A stretch of DNA of 64,000 nucleotides from Phoronis australis (Eukaryota; Animalia; Phoronida). A program made the translations under genes and the position numbers. The DNA lies in contig NMRA01000493.1 in assembly GCA_002633005.1 (NCBI GenBank), positions 111,647 to 175,646 on the forward strand, given 5' to 3'. Shown piece after piece: positions 50,401 to 63,613 of this stretch; the stretch's first letter is position 1; each line of letters opens with the position of its first letter. Under the pieces are notes generated by a model. The model was not told the DNA's origin and made no database searches. It saw nothing but the letters and a program-made list of their open reading frames with translations.

Positions 50401-53400
50401 GCCATGAACACGCTAAGATTTGTAGTGAAATGCAAAAGCTCTAAATACTTACTCCATCACCCAACACAAGACGACCCTCGGCATCCGTGTTGTTGACCTC
50501 TACCGTCCTATTAGCAGATAAATGATTTAACTGGTGAAAAAAAATCAATGAAGCTGCCCAATACAGTTTACAGAAAAATGAAATGTACTGGTCAAGTTCA
50601 CTATTTGAGTCAATTACTCAGAAGAATTTGGGGGCAGTGCCTCCTGTAGACAAAATTTGTTGAACACACATTCAACGATATTCTGGGCTCAGTATATTTC
50701 ATTGACAGTTGTTCACTGCTCAACAAGAAAGCAGATGGCCCTTAGACATACGACAACTAATGATTAAATTGACATTCATTCTATATTTCAAGACAAACAC
50801 ATACAGGCTGGCTTTGTTTCCCTAGTATGTCTGCATTTCGGCAATGTTATTGACATGCATCTGAGCAGGTCATAAACCTTCGTCACATACTGCTGCAACC
50901 CTGTGTCACTTTATATATACCTCAAGATGAGACAAAGAGCTCGAGCCGAAATCATTGAAAATTACTAATTGTGAACATTGTTTTGTGTTCAACAAATGTT
51001 GTAATTCTTTTTACAAAGTGAACAAATATCCAATATAAACACCTTTTGCTTCCTCAAAAATTAAATTACTTGACTTGTACTTAGACAAAAAACATGTACT
51101 CTTGCTTCTGACAGCTAAAACAACACATTATTTCACTGAGAAGAAGATTTTTTGTCTTCTGGATATTGTCAGTGGTAAACTAGTTATAGAACTGAAAATC
51201 TTATGGAACAAAGCATCAAAACAAAGCTGGAATCATGAGTTTGTGTTAGAACGGTCTTAAAATGCAAGGTTTTGCTCTTTTAAATTTATGACCAGGGAGT
51301 GGACACGTATTAAGGAGAGACGTACCGTACAAGACAGACGAAATACTGTTTCACAGTCATGACGGCTAATTACGTTAATAACAAAAAATGACAGGTAATA
51401 ACTATGACAGCAAAATTCTAATTACAAAATGACTTAGCCAGCAAACTAAACTTCCAGTTAATTCCTTTGTCATTTTCAGTCACGAATGAAGACTACTGTG
51501 ACAGTGAATGAAGACTACAGTGACAGTGAATGAAGACTACTCTGAGAGTGAATGAAGACAACTCTGACAGCCAATGGAGACTACTGTGACAGTGAATGAA
51601 GACTACTGTGACAGTGAATGAAGACTACTCTGAGAGTGAATGAAGACAACTCTGACAGGGAATGAAGACTACTGTGACAGTGAATGAAGACTACTGTGAC
51701 AGGGAATGAAGACTACTCTGACAGCGAATGAAGACTACTCTGAGAGTGAATGAAGACTACTCTGAGAGTGAATGAAGACTACTCTGAGAGTGAATGAAGA
51801 CTTCTCTGAGAGTGAATGAAGAGTACTCTGAGAGTGAATGAAGACTACTCTAACAGTGAATGAAGACTTCTCTGACAGCGAATGAAGACTACTGTGACAG
51901 TGAATGGAGACTACTCTTACAGACAGTGAATTTGGCTTCCACCCAGCCATCATGACCAAGAATTCCAAGCTATTTTGTCTAAATACATTTGACTTGTACT
52001 GGAGAGAAAGGAGAAAGGAAAGGCATAAGGGAGTGAGAGAGGGGGAATACAGGAAGGGATGGGGCGCGACAAAGCGGGAAGACAACTATGCCACATCAGT
52101 TTAACTACTATACCTACCTTCCAGAGTACATAGTTAGTATATCGTCTGGTCTGAATGAGTCTGGACCTATTGCATTCTCAGCTAAACAGAATACTGCATG
52201 GAGGTTATCTGAAAATCCCTGAAGCAGCAAGAAAATTTGTCCACGTTTAGCAAACCTGACAGACATTTCTTTTAGTAAGTGAAATCTTCTACTTAGGTTG
52301 CAGATTGAACTCATGATCAGCTGAATTTACAATTGACTTGTTTTATTACTTGGACAGTAACAAAACATTTCAAAAAATGCAAACTGACGAGTGTCATGTT
52401 TAAAGAAATTACATTTATGAGACACAGAGAAAGTTTTCACAGGCCAAAAACTTGCAATTAAAGTTTAAAGTAGTTTTAAATTTAATTTAGCACACCAAAA
52501 ATGTCACCTATGGTATGACTCTGGCTGTAGAACAATTGTAGAAAACTAAGAACAACCATGATAACTTCTCTTACTTCAGAGCTTCAAATATCTCTTCTGA
52601 TAAATTCAAAATGTTCGCAGTTCAGTTGTCCGAGAAGGTTGATTCGGAGGAACAAATCACGTGCAGCTAGTCAAAACAAAAAGTTAGCTTTCGTGTCCCC
52701 ACATAATAGTCAGATAAATGTTAAAGTGTCGTGCTCAAACAATGCCACATTAAGAGACTGCTACAAATGATAAGAGAGCCCAGATGTCTCAATACGACTC
52801 TGTTTCCATAATTCTGTTCTTGCGTTACTTCACAGGAACCATCACAATAACGTAACATTATTTCCTCTTTTCTGTGGTCAAGAACACAAAGCCCAATGAG
52901 CCCATCTAACTACATTCACCTGTTTAACAGCAGCGTAGAACGCTCCCAAGACACTAGCAGCGCCACCACAGTCCCTTTTCATTCCGCACATGCCTGTCTG
53001 CAAATAAAAAGTGACTAGCTTAGACCTTTTGCAGCCATCTTGAGAGTAAGACGTTTTGTGTACACTTCAAAATTGTGCGTCAGCCAAAACCATGTGGGTG
53101 GGCCATTATGTAAGATTTATTTATTTAGTACTTATTCCAAATGAAAATGGTCTATAATGGCCTTTATACTGTCTAACATCTACAATCATACAAGGTGTGG
53201 TTTGAACTATTCTGGAAATTATCAGGAGTATAATAAAATTATTCAAGTAAAATGTGAGTAGAAAATTGGCTTCAGCCCTATCACTCGTACAGGCGTATTT
53301 TTTTTGGTCACCACTTTTTACAAGCCCAAATCCAGGAATATGAGTGCATATATGCCATCTCTCATATTTCCAAGCAGATATTTTCGCCTGTGTTAATCAC

Positions 53401-56400
53401 TGAAAATGGTACAAGAGTAACTAGGGCATTGACATGCATCTTTGGTGAATCACATACAATATGTTTCTAAGAACCACCAGGAGGTGCTGCAGTAGTCAAA
53501 TAGTGCCAGCACATTGTTATCATATACTGCTGAGTCACGTTTCATTGAAATCTTTTAATCAGTTCTCTAAATGTAATCCAGAAACACTCTTTCCATAAAT
53601 AGCACAACACCTTGAAAACCCCCTTCTTGAGAACAAAAAATGGTACCACCACATGACCATCATATGTAGCTAGGATGATGCATACCCTGTTGTGTCTGAA
53701 AGTAATCTAAGATCTAGACGATAAGAGAGACAATCTGGGCCAGGAAAAGTGGTTCAGTCATGAACAGGAACAGTGGAGGATATAAGGTGTCTGAAATTTG
53801 GAACAGGCTGATCTCCACGCCACCTAACATCCAATAACTTCTAGAAGATGGCGGTTGATAGGAGCCGAAACTGTCAAGGTGTTATGTTCTTACTGGTTGT
53901 GAAAAAAGGGAAAAGTACTACTTCTCAATTATGGAAAGTTTCATTGACAAAAATGACCTTTATCTGTTCAGAGGATTCCTATCTCACTTCATAAGCTAAA
54001 ACTCTTACCAAATGATGTTGTTGGCAGCTGTGTACAAACTATGCTAAAAACGAATTAAAATTGACTTCCTGAAAACTTCCGAATTATTACTTTACCGTTT
54101 CAACATTTATCAACATTTGCCTACACACCGTGCTTTAACAGAAGTCCCACATGTTGAATTACATAAAAATTTGGGTATTTGAAAATTCTTTGTTGTCCAC
54201 AAAAAGTAAAAATAAGATTGACCATAATAAGATAGGAGTCCTCCTCACAATGTCTAAACAGCAGTTTTCTAAGTTTTCCATAATTTTTATGGTAAGTTAA
54301 TTCATAATCAACAGTTGCCAGCTGTAGCCACAGTCTCACCTTGGTCTTAATGCAGAGACCACCCTGGTCAAAGACTATACCCTTGCCAACCCAAGCCACT
54401 GTTTTATTGGCTCCAGGCGGCATGTGACTGAGTACTGCTAGAGCCGGCTGGTGGACAGACTCGCGACCAACACTCCAGATGCCTGGCAATAGAAAAACAA
54501 GTTACTGCTATCATAACAATAAAATCGCAGTTGAAACTGGTGATTTCCAAAAAAACTCAAGATTTGAAGATATTACAAGCAACTCTGTTCTGCACTATAA
54601 CAAAGTGTTGTTATAGTTACATATCAGTATTTATTTATAAATGACCAGAATTCATTTCAAATTTTTTAATCAATACAACCTAAAATGCAACATAATCCAT
54701 TCTTTTCTCTACTTAATATTTTAAAGGAGAATGCCACCCGATTTAATTAGTCTTTTTTGCTGTCTTAATCGGTCTATATCCACATCGCCTCGCATACGGT
54801 CGACCTTACCTTGCCAAGAGGTGTCGCGATAACCTGTGAGGAAGGTGAGAAACGACGCTAGCGACGTCATTGGTTCATATGCAGAGTGAATGCCGCTATG
54901 TTGCGGTGCATCGTTTCCGCTTGTCCGAACTAAGCAGCTGCGAGGAAAGCGGGTATATCGTTTTTTTTTTTACTTCCTCAAGAGTCCGAAATGCTTAGGA
55001 AGTGGCTCATGGTAGTGAAGAATGAAATGTATGCTGTAAATAGTAAATATGGGCAGTGGAACATCTCTGTGTCTGTGGCCTGCAGATGTCGACACTGCCT
55101 GACGAATGCTGGCTTACCGATCCATACGTTCCGTTGTCTGAGCTTGTTCACGGCGCCTCTCTAGTATTTCTTCATCACTGTATTCATGTTCGAATTGATA
55201 GCCTGTAAAACTTAACGATCCACCTGCGAAGTCGGGACTAGTGAGCTCTAGCTCGTCCTAAGTCGGGATTGCGAGTTGCCATGTTGGCATTTATTACTGA
55301 GCGTTCTGTTTCAGAATGAGTTATTCTCACCCTAACCAATACTTATATAAAACTGAAACAAAGTCTCACTCATTAGATGCAATTTGTAATGCCTTTGGAG
55401 TCTTCGTGAGTGCAAATGATTTGAGAAGCCAGCAATGAATAAATCACAGCGTTACCGGCTTTAGGTGCAATAAAACTAATTGACGGGACTATAGACCGTG
55501 TGAGCTCATGCTAATTTAGTGTTTGCTGGCAGAAAGAAACTGTTGTGAAACAACTCGATTTCCATCCCACGGCCAGGTGTTAGGGGAATATTTATTTACA
55601 TTTACATTACTCAAATAATTATTGTCAATGTACAACTTCTGCCCTGACAGTGCTGTGGCCAAAGCGGAACCTGAATTCACAGCCCCCGACTAGTAAGTAG
55701 ATTTGCAGTTTCATGGCTAATTCACCAACACAATCAGGTGCACATTACTTTGGCTCACTAATATAGTATTTTCTTGACTGGAAGTTTAGTTTCCACTGAA
55801 CTTTGGCTGGTTTATGTTCGTGATGACTGGAGCCCGGCACTGCGGGCGGGGATAACAAGTCAATCCGGCGGGCCGCGACGGGCCTGATCGGACTCCGAGC
55901 CACTGGCCAGGCTAACAAGCGTTTTGTGTTTAGAACTGAAAAAATCACAAGTCTAAACAACACAGATCTAGGTTCTCCTGTCTGTGTCTCACGAAAAATA
56001 CTTCGAAATTATCTCTGAACAGACCCTAAACTCCTGACCTTATTGGAATGCCGAACTTTGTAGGCTACGGTGTGTCCAAATACCAATAAATCAGTAAGAG
56101 CGAAATAAAACAACACCTTTTTATAAGAACTCGGTGTATTTTTGAGGGTTTTACATCGAAGTTTGATGATTTATTGGTGTTAAACGATGACTTCAAGCGA
56201 TAAGCTGACACCAGTAACTCGTGTTGTGAACTGCTGAACAGACTGCGTGTGAAACCGATGACGTCATTGGATAATTTCAACACCTCCGTCTGCCGTCAGG
56301 TGTCAGGTAACGCAACCCTACGTGTCGTTATGGAGTAGAACTACTTGATCTAAATTCATACAAATTAGGTTGTTTTTTGGGTGGCATGCTCCTTTAAGAC

Positions 56401-56663
56401 AATGAGGGCAAAGTCTTCATATTCATTTGTCTTGAATACTAAGCAAACTCAAGTCTTCGTATTCATTTGTCTTGAATACTGGTCAAACTCAAGTCTTCGT
56501 ATTCATTTGCCTTGAATACTAGGCAAACTGTGGCTGTCACGTGTCTGGGAAACAAGCACAGTATACAAAGCCAGACATTACCTCCCATCCCACGCTCTTC
56601 GAGGGCTTTGCCCTGAACCACAGTGTACTTCACCCCAAGTTGTTCTGCGACTGTTGAAATTTC
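44481..56663 (-). CDS. NPEPL1: Probable aminopeptidase NPEPL1 (peptidase M17), 3' nine exons: 56582-56663, 54340-54482, 52920-52997, 52118-52218, 50453-50507, 49955-50036, 48134-48297, 45459-45569, 44481-44645
   Basis: Phase-consistent splicing gives ...[49 protein letters not shown]...[81 protein letters not shown]...PELHFSEFSSAVADMKNSVA-DRSNAQVSCAGLFIMSHIGFD...-GERASGYGVALLL...*. The M17 signature NTDAEGRL and NPEPL1-specific segments are present. The 5' exons were not found and likely lie beyond the window. Confidence 0.95.
45157..45232 (+). mobile_element. tRNA-like sequence (SINE head or tRNA pseudogene)
   Basis: A box TGGCTCAGATG and B box GGTTCAAGTCC at tRNA spacing. No clean acceptor stem. 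Confidence 0.5.
46627..47672. repeat. 30-bp minisatellite, ~34.5 copies, in an NPEPL1 intron
   Basis: aattgttcacttcttctctgtctcc(a/g)tact. The array ends at an N (47673), so copy number may be unresolved. Confidence 0.98.
47674..47862. repeat. 45-bp tandem repeat x4
   Basis: tgttgtaaccaacaactaactgcagggcgtatatatgatgc(a/g)gct. Confidence 0.95.
51484..51917. repeat. 22-bp minisatellite, ~20 diverged copies
   Basis: gaatgaagactact(g/c)tga(c/g)agt variants. Confidence 0.95.
54725..56393 (+). mobile_element. Kolobok-type non-autonomous transposon with TTAA TSD and THAP-domain relic
   Basis: TTAA|AGGAGAATGCCACCC...GGGTGGCATGCTCCT|TTAA, a 14/15 TIR match. 54898-55026 reads MLRCIVSACPN*AAARKAGISFFFLLPQESEMLRKWLMVVKNE, the N-terminal half of a THAP zinc finger with an in-frame stop. 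Confidence 0.8.
56411..56529. repeat. 40-bp tandem repeat x3
   Basis: aagtcttc(a/g)tattcatttgtcttgaatact...caaactc. Confidence 0.9.
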
Positions 56664-56790
56664 CTAGAATGGATGGAACAACATTCGGAGTTATTAATGC
56701 TACTGATGCTAAACTCTCATACACAAATCTGGGATGTGTTATGCAAATCGAAAATACTCACAAAGCACACGCGGCTAAAATCTTCACAGT

Positions 56791-56911
56791 CCCAACCTAA
56801 CCGTCCAATCACTTCAACAACCCAACCTAACCGTCAAATCACTTCAACGTCCCAACCTAACTGTCCAATCACTTCAGCATCCCAACCTAACCGTCCATGG
56901 CAATCACTTCA
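56791..56911. repeat. 30-bp tandem repeat x~4
   Basis: cccaacctaaccgtccaatcacttcaac variants. Confidence 0.9.
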
Positions 56912-57045
56912 GTGGCCGCCATTTTGGTAGCGTAAGCCAGTAAGCTCTAGTGCATTCTTGCCAAACCTTTTGCTTTTCACTCCAGGGGTTTTGCTCGTTT
57001 GTGACATTTTTTCTTTTACGAAGCGATCTTAATAATCCTTATTTT

Positions 57046-58824
57046 AACAAGAGCAATGCAGAGAGTTGAAATGCGCCTACGAATGCATCGCAAATGGTGT
57101 GCTTTTAGGGTTATTTATTTGTATCATAAAAATGGCCACTAGATGGCGCAAAAATGTACAATCCATCAAAAAACTGGAACATGCCATATTTCATGAAAAT
57201 GTGTCAAGAAACTTCAGAAAAACAAAGGAAAACAGAATAAAATAAAATTGCCACTTAAGAGGGGCACAGTGTCCGTTGGATCCGCCAGAAAGTCGTTGAA
57301 ATTTGTTGTTATCTTCATTAAAACTACACTCACTAAATTTAATAAAGATCCTGCAGTGGGTTTAGGAGATACAGCTATGGGCACAAAACAAAACAAAACA
57401 AAACTACCACTAGGAGGAGCCACAGTAGTCAGTCGCCATCATCAAACGTCGTCCCCTTTACACTGAGAACATATATGCCATTTTTTAAAACCATCCCTAG
57501 AATGATTTGGTTGACAGAAGGGTGGACGCCAAAAACAAGATTCGAAAACAGCAAAAATGGCCACCAGGTAGCGCAAAATACCTTGATTCAATCCAAAAAC
57601 AGGAGGATAGCGTCACCTCACCAATAGATGCCTATATTCAAAATTTTATGAAAATCTGTCGAGGAACCTTTGAACATACAGAGTTAAACGTAAAAAAACT
57701 GAAATTGCCACTAGGGGGCACACCAACAGTCAGATCCGTCCAAAAGTTGTCGTCGTTCATAGCCTACATCATATGAATACACTTTCTAAATTTAGTAAAG
57801 TTCCTGCGAACGATTTAGGACTAAGGAGATACAGGCATAGGCGCAAAAAAAAAACAAAACTGCGATTAGGAGGCGCCACAGTAGTTGAAGTCATCGGAAA
57901 ATCAACATCAGCTGTCCACTTCACAGTATGAACGTACATGCCAATTTTCATAACCATTCTTCGAGCGGTTTGGTTGATAGAGGGGTGGACGCAAAAAACA
58001 GACTCGAAAACAGTAAAAATGGCCACTAGGTGGCGCAAACTATGCCGCATCCATCCAAAAACGGGAGAACAACGTCATCTCACTAATACGTGCCTACATA
58101 TCGAATTTTACAAAAATTCGTTGAGGACTTTTGAAGATACAGACTGAGGTAAACGTAAAAAACTAAAATTGCCACAAAATGGGCACACCGGTAGTCGGAT
58201 CCGTCTGAAAGTCGTCGTCATCTCTTCTCAACATCATATAAATATACTTCCTAAATTTAGTAATGATCCCTCAAACAGTTTAGGAGATACAGCCAAGGAG
58301 ATACAGCCATAAGAGCAAAAAAATCAAAACTGCCACTAGGAGGCGCCACAGAAGAGCAAATCATCGGAAAATCACCGTTAGCCATCCACTTCATAGTAAG
58401 AACATACATGCCAATTTTCACAATCATCCTTTAAGCAGTTTGGTTGATAGAGGGGTGGACGCAAAAAAACTGACTCGAAAACAGTAAAAATGGCCACTAG
58501 GTGGCGCAAACTACGATGAACTCATCCGAAAACAGCATGACAGTGTCATCTTACTAATAGGTGCCTATATACTAAATTTTATGAAAATTCGTTCAGGACT
58601 TTTGAAGATACAGAGGTAAACGTATTGCCACTAGGGGGCACACCGGTAGTCCGAACCGTTCGAAAGCTCGCTCATGCCGTCCCATCTACGGAAGGAGCAA
58701 ATGTGCAAAATTTCATGAATATAAGTCAAGACATTTCGGAGATAGAGCAGCAGACGCTGGACAGACGGACGGATGGAGATGACGGCATAATGCGTCCACA
58801 TATAAATATTTGGGCGCATAAAAA
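57046..58824 (-). mobile_element. DINE-1/HINE-like non-autonomous Helentron element with internal ~425-470-bp tandem units
   Basis: The minus strand starts TTTTTATGCGCCCA with a nearby inverted repeat and a GTCC/GTCT microsatellite (58759-77). It ends with subTIR GGCGCAT...CTCTTGTT. Units start at ~57130, 57553, 58015 and 58486. Confidence 0.75.
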
Positions 58825-61049
58825 TTATCTTAATTACTGCAACTAATATTGAATAAAACACAATGTGTAAAATGAACCCGGAATCAACATCTTCCAATTT
58901 TCATAAAATGAAAGTGAAACTTTACATTTTAGTAAAACACTCATTTATTAATAAATTTTCAACCGACATGTATGAACTAAGAATCACCATTAAAATGTTA
59001 AAGTGGCTTGGAACGTGAAAAATAGTATATAATAAGAAAGTAAATGTTACTCATCTTGCATGAAACCTGTATCATACCGTGGAATCCAAGTTTTTTTGAA
59101 GGTTTCGTAAATATAGTGAGATTTAGATGAGTTTGGAGTATTTTTCTTTACGTTTGAAAGTTGACCAAAAAGACACGCCTTCGTGCTCGTCAAATCCGAC
59201 ATTACAGTCCCAAAATGCATTGCGGTGCCTTATTTGGAAATGGCTGATGACCTCAGAGAGGTGAAAGATCGCCGAAAGCAAAACAGTGATGGCTGGTTTC
59301 GAAAGCACATCGACACCTCGATTGACTCAAAGAAGTCCCATTTCTGAAGTAAGTTATCGATTTATTTGGTTTCTATGCTCTCCCAAGTATGATCTAATAT
59401 ACTTTTTGCTCACGATTTCATTTATGTGCATTTCAAACGGAAAACGTTCTATTCATGTCTTATCATTTAATGAATGAAAAGTAGTCTGGCTCACCGATCG
59501 GCCTACGGTCAACATCGTAGACTATGTTGTGTATAATCTACAGTAAACATGAACAATAACATTTTGCTAAAAACATTTCAATGCATCGTGACTGTACATA
59601 AGATTTATAACTAAAATGTATTTCGGGTGATTGTTAATTGTTACTACGTGATGATTGCGTACAGGCCAAGGGCCCCCCCCATGACTGGTGCATGAAGCAA
59701 AAATAACACAGCAACAGCATGAAGCGTGAGAAAATATCGAGCCCAACGGTAGAATTCCAGAACACCAGGTCCGTATCGCCAGCCCCCACAACATTCGAGA
59801 CACCTGTGCATACAATCGAGCTTTTCCCCTTTCTCCGAGGTGTCATGTTGGGCCCCCCTTGTGGTATCCTAGATTCGCCACTGGTGTATTCACCGTTTAG
59901 TAAGTGGCCGTGTAGTGCTAAATCCTCAGCTGTTAGTAGTGAAAGAAAATGTAATCTGAATTTCTCTGAAAACCTTCATTGAACTTTCTTGTTTACCGAT
60001 CAAAAAATCCCCCAAAAATTCTGGCCCAGGGTTTTCTTGAATTCTGGGGCCAAATGCACCCAGTTGGCCCAAAGTACATGTAGTCAATGCATTTTAGGGT
60101 TCAAATGGCCAAGTGCAATGACTTGACCAACTTAGTAATTATGTTAAAATTATGCCTTAGTAATCACACTGTTATTTACAGTAATTCTAACCAATTACAA
60201 GGTGCTTCACAGCGAATTTTTAAATAAAACTTTAAAATTGGGAAGATTAACTTTCTAATGCTAAATTTTGATATCTTTTTGAACCTAAAACACAGTTTAT
60301 CTCCTAATATCTCAAAAGCTGTTAACTCCAGTCATCTGATAATTTGCACTGTCATTACATGGAAAATATGTTCCAAGGACTGGTGGTAAATATATTGACC
60401 TAATTGTTCACCCAGTAATAGTTTGCAATATGCATCATAATGAACATTCAGTCACAACAGCATTCAAAAGTTTTATTTTATCGAGCATCATCATGATCCA
60501 AATAATTTTGCTGTTTTTCAAAGTATGTTACACATTTTCACTGACTATAACTACAAGCACTTAGCAATTTAGGGATTTGCACAAATCTGTGGTTTGCAAT
60601 AACTTCTGTTTTATTGAGCTGACCTCCACTTTTACATCTGACTACAATGAAACATCAATGATGTGTGGACTCATGGAAGGATACAAAGTTACATAATGCA
60701 CGAAATAAGAGGTCATTCCACTTGAGCAACATAACTGTGTTTAGAAATAAAAAGACAGAATCAATCTAGACACCTTTGGACAAATGGAATGATAAATCGC
60801 ACTTCCAGCAAATTTGTCCCACTAAAAACGTCAGAAATTGCAGCAACATTAATTGAAAATAATTTTATTTCTACTGTCCAAGGAGCATCTAATTATCATT
60901 CCAGAGGAGAAAACAATAGAACATCTAGGTACTTTCATAGTTCATAACATTATTCATTGGCTACATCAGCCGTTGCACAGTTTCAATTGCACAGAACTTG
61001 TCTAACACTTCACCTGTGGCTAGAAAACAAAAGAACTGTCAAAAGTAGC

Positions 61050-62811
61050 ATGTTCTTGCACCAGCAATTGTAGGAGGTACTGAAAGTCAAGGCTTTGTCG
61101 CACTGGATGAGCATAGAAGACATTACGTTGTACGTTTTGTTTGAATGGACTTAATATGAGCATACAGTCAAGATTAATAAAGTGATGAACTCGAACCAGT
61201 GTTCAGTCTACCATTGCATCAAAATATTAGAACAGATCGGTGACAACCTGTGCCCACCTTACCATGGGGTAAAACGTGAAAAGAGCTTAGACTAACAGAC
61301 TGGGGCTGAGAACTCACTAATGGGATGCTCTCAGAAACAGAATTTTTTCACACATTACCAGTCCTGTTTGAAGCATTTGCTTTGGTTTGGAAATTACTCC
61401 CAATGTTAGGCATGGCTTTCATGAACTTTGAAACTATATGAAATTTAAAAGGCCTGTTTATTTCCATAGGATATGTGGGAGAGCCATGAAAACAAAGAGA
61501 GGTGAAAGTGTAAGAGGAGGTAGAGGAAGGAAATGGAAGTCAGTCGCTACAGCTACTCTAGGTCCAGCTTCAGTGACCCCTGCTCATCGTGGTCTGCAAG
61601 GTTATGCATGTTATCAAGATGACGTACAGGTACTTTATCATGAATAACAAACACGTGAAAAAACAACTCAAAAATTCTAGTTCAGAGAATAATTTATGAC
61701 TTGTAAATATATAGAATATCCAATATTTAATCTTCTATGTCATTTTACATCTTGAAGAAATAAGGAGCCATTACATTTTATACAGATTTTCATGTGGTTA
61801 TCATTTGTCTAATGATGCAAAATAAGATGTGACATCAACTTTTGAATAAAGTTCCATTTTTTTCTAGTAGTGAGCTGAGCTTGTAGCTAAGTGAATTATA
61901 AGAATACAAGATGGGATAAATATCTCCTTTCCATAATTAGTGAAAAATCTCCTAATTTTCAGAGAAGAGTAAATGCAATGACCAAATGAGCAAGTGCGAC
62001 ACCTTTCGGAGAAGGAGTAGAAAGAGAGTGTTGAACCTTTAACAGAAGAAATCCGAACATCACTCATTCTTTGCAAGACACGCTGATGAGATTTGAAAGG
62101 GAAAGGAGGGTGTCATAAAAACAATAAATTTGCTATCGCCCACGGCTGAGGGTGCACCAGCTGCATCATGAATTCTGTGGACACCACTGAAACCTGTAGA
62201 CAATGTGTCATCATAGTCTCCATAGCGGTACATATTGATGCTATCTCCTGCAACTTCCTCACCACCAAACTCTTCATCTCCAAATCCAACATCGCTAATA
62301 TCCACATCATCAAGGATACTTTCTGGACTGCAACAAGAGAAAGCGTGATGATCTTGCCCTTTAGAATTTCAGAAACGACACAACACCTAGCTCCCGTAAC
62401 GCACTTGAAGAACTACTAAGTAACAGGGCTCGCATTATGTGCACTGGAGAACAGTTAAATACAGTTCGTTCAGAATTCAAATGTTTTATACATACAGCGT
62501 TTGATGACGCCTTACGATGCCTTCTTTAGTCATTTTGCAAGACCTAATGGTTAGTACTGTGAAAGGATTTCTGTCCTGTCAGGGCTTCCAACCTGAGATT
62601 CATTGCTGTCCATGCACTGAGCTATTATGATCAATCGTCAGTAGAAGATATATTTCAATAAATACATTAACATTGTCAGCACTGAAAAATAATGATGTAT
62701 TTTTATTAAAAATTGGATAACTCATAATTTAAATGTGTACACAATGGTTATGTTGCACTTACAGTTATCGTCCAGGTCATCGCATGCTAGGTCCTCAGAA
62801 ACATCAATAGC
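61050..62811 (-). pseudogene. Degraded, frameshifted transposase-like relic (possibly Kolobok)
   Basis: An acidic linker (ORF 62060-62305) is followed by DSKFIVF-(frameshift)-YDTLLSLF...VKGSTL...CRTC. Further downstream is YFDAMVD*TLV...PVRQSLDFQYLLQLL. These resemble my recollection of Kolobok transposase motifs. Many stops and frameshifts. Confidence 0.35.
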
Positions 62812-63613
62812 CTGTAATATAGAGAGTCAAAAATGTTCGAGTGTTTCTCTTTTAAAGCATTGGTCAGTCTGTATTTATTGGATTTCACCACATATCGCCT
62901 AACCACGATTAAGTTATGATAAAAAAAGCAATCCATGTACCGCATGGTCTCTGTATTTAGAACTCAGAAAACAGATTTGGGAAATTCTATCCAGAACACA
63001 CACTTATGACTTGATGTCACAAATTTCATGGATTGCCTATGCTACTGATAAAAACTCCTCAAAATCCCAACGTTGCCTTTGAATATAAACTTTTAAATTA
63101 TACAGCAATCAACTTCAAAAAAGAAAAAAATATCTAATTCGGTGCAAAGACATGTATGTGCAAATGCAATCAGTGAATTCAACTCTGCCCACACTATATT
63201 CAAATAAGTTGGGAATACCTATGTGTCACGCTAAAAACACAAATATGACAAGATTAGTTGCAGGATGACCTATAAAACCATACCTAATAGGTGGTATTTA
63301 GTCAAAAGGGTCACCAAAACTGCTGCCCATATCCTTTTTGATGTATTTAGTTTTAGTTACATCTTTGCAAATCACAAATATATATAGTGCATGTAAACAG
63401 AGTATGCAAAATTCAGTCATGCTTAGAAGAGAAACCTGTGCACGCCATTCCTGACCATACCAGACATGTAGAAAAATGCATTTTATTGGAATATACCATG
63501 CAAAATATATGCACAAAATATTTCACAATTCAATCATCAGTTAGAACACTAAATAGTTTGTTGTCAAGATAATTCATGAGCACTGACTAGTTCTCTCAAA
63601 TTTTGAAGATCAG

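Noticed and set aside
59120-59350. Coding-looking stretch ending in GTAAGT
   Set aside because: It has stops in the candidate frames and no recognisable homology.
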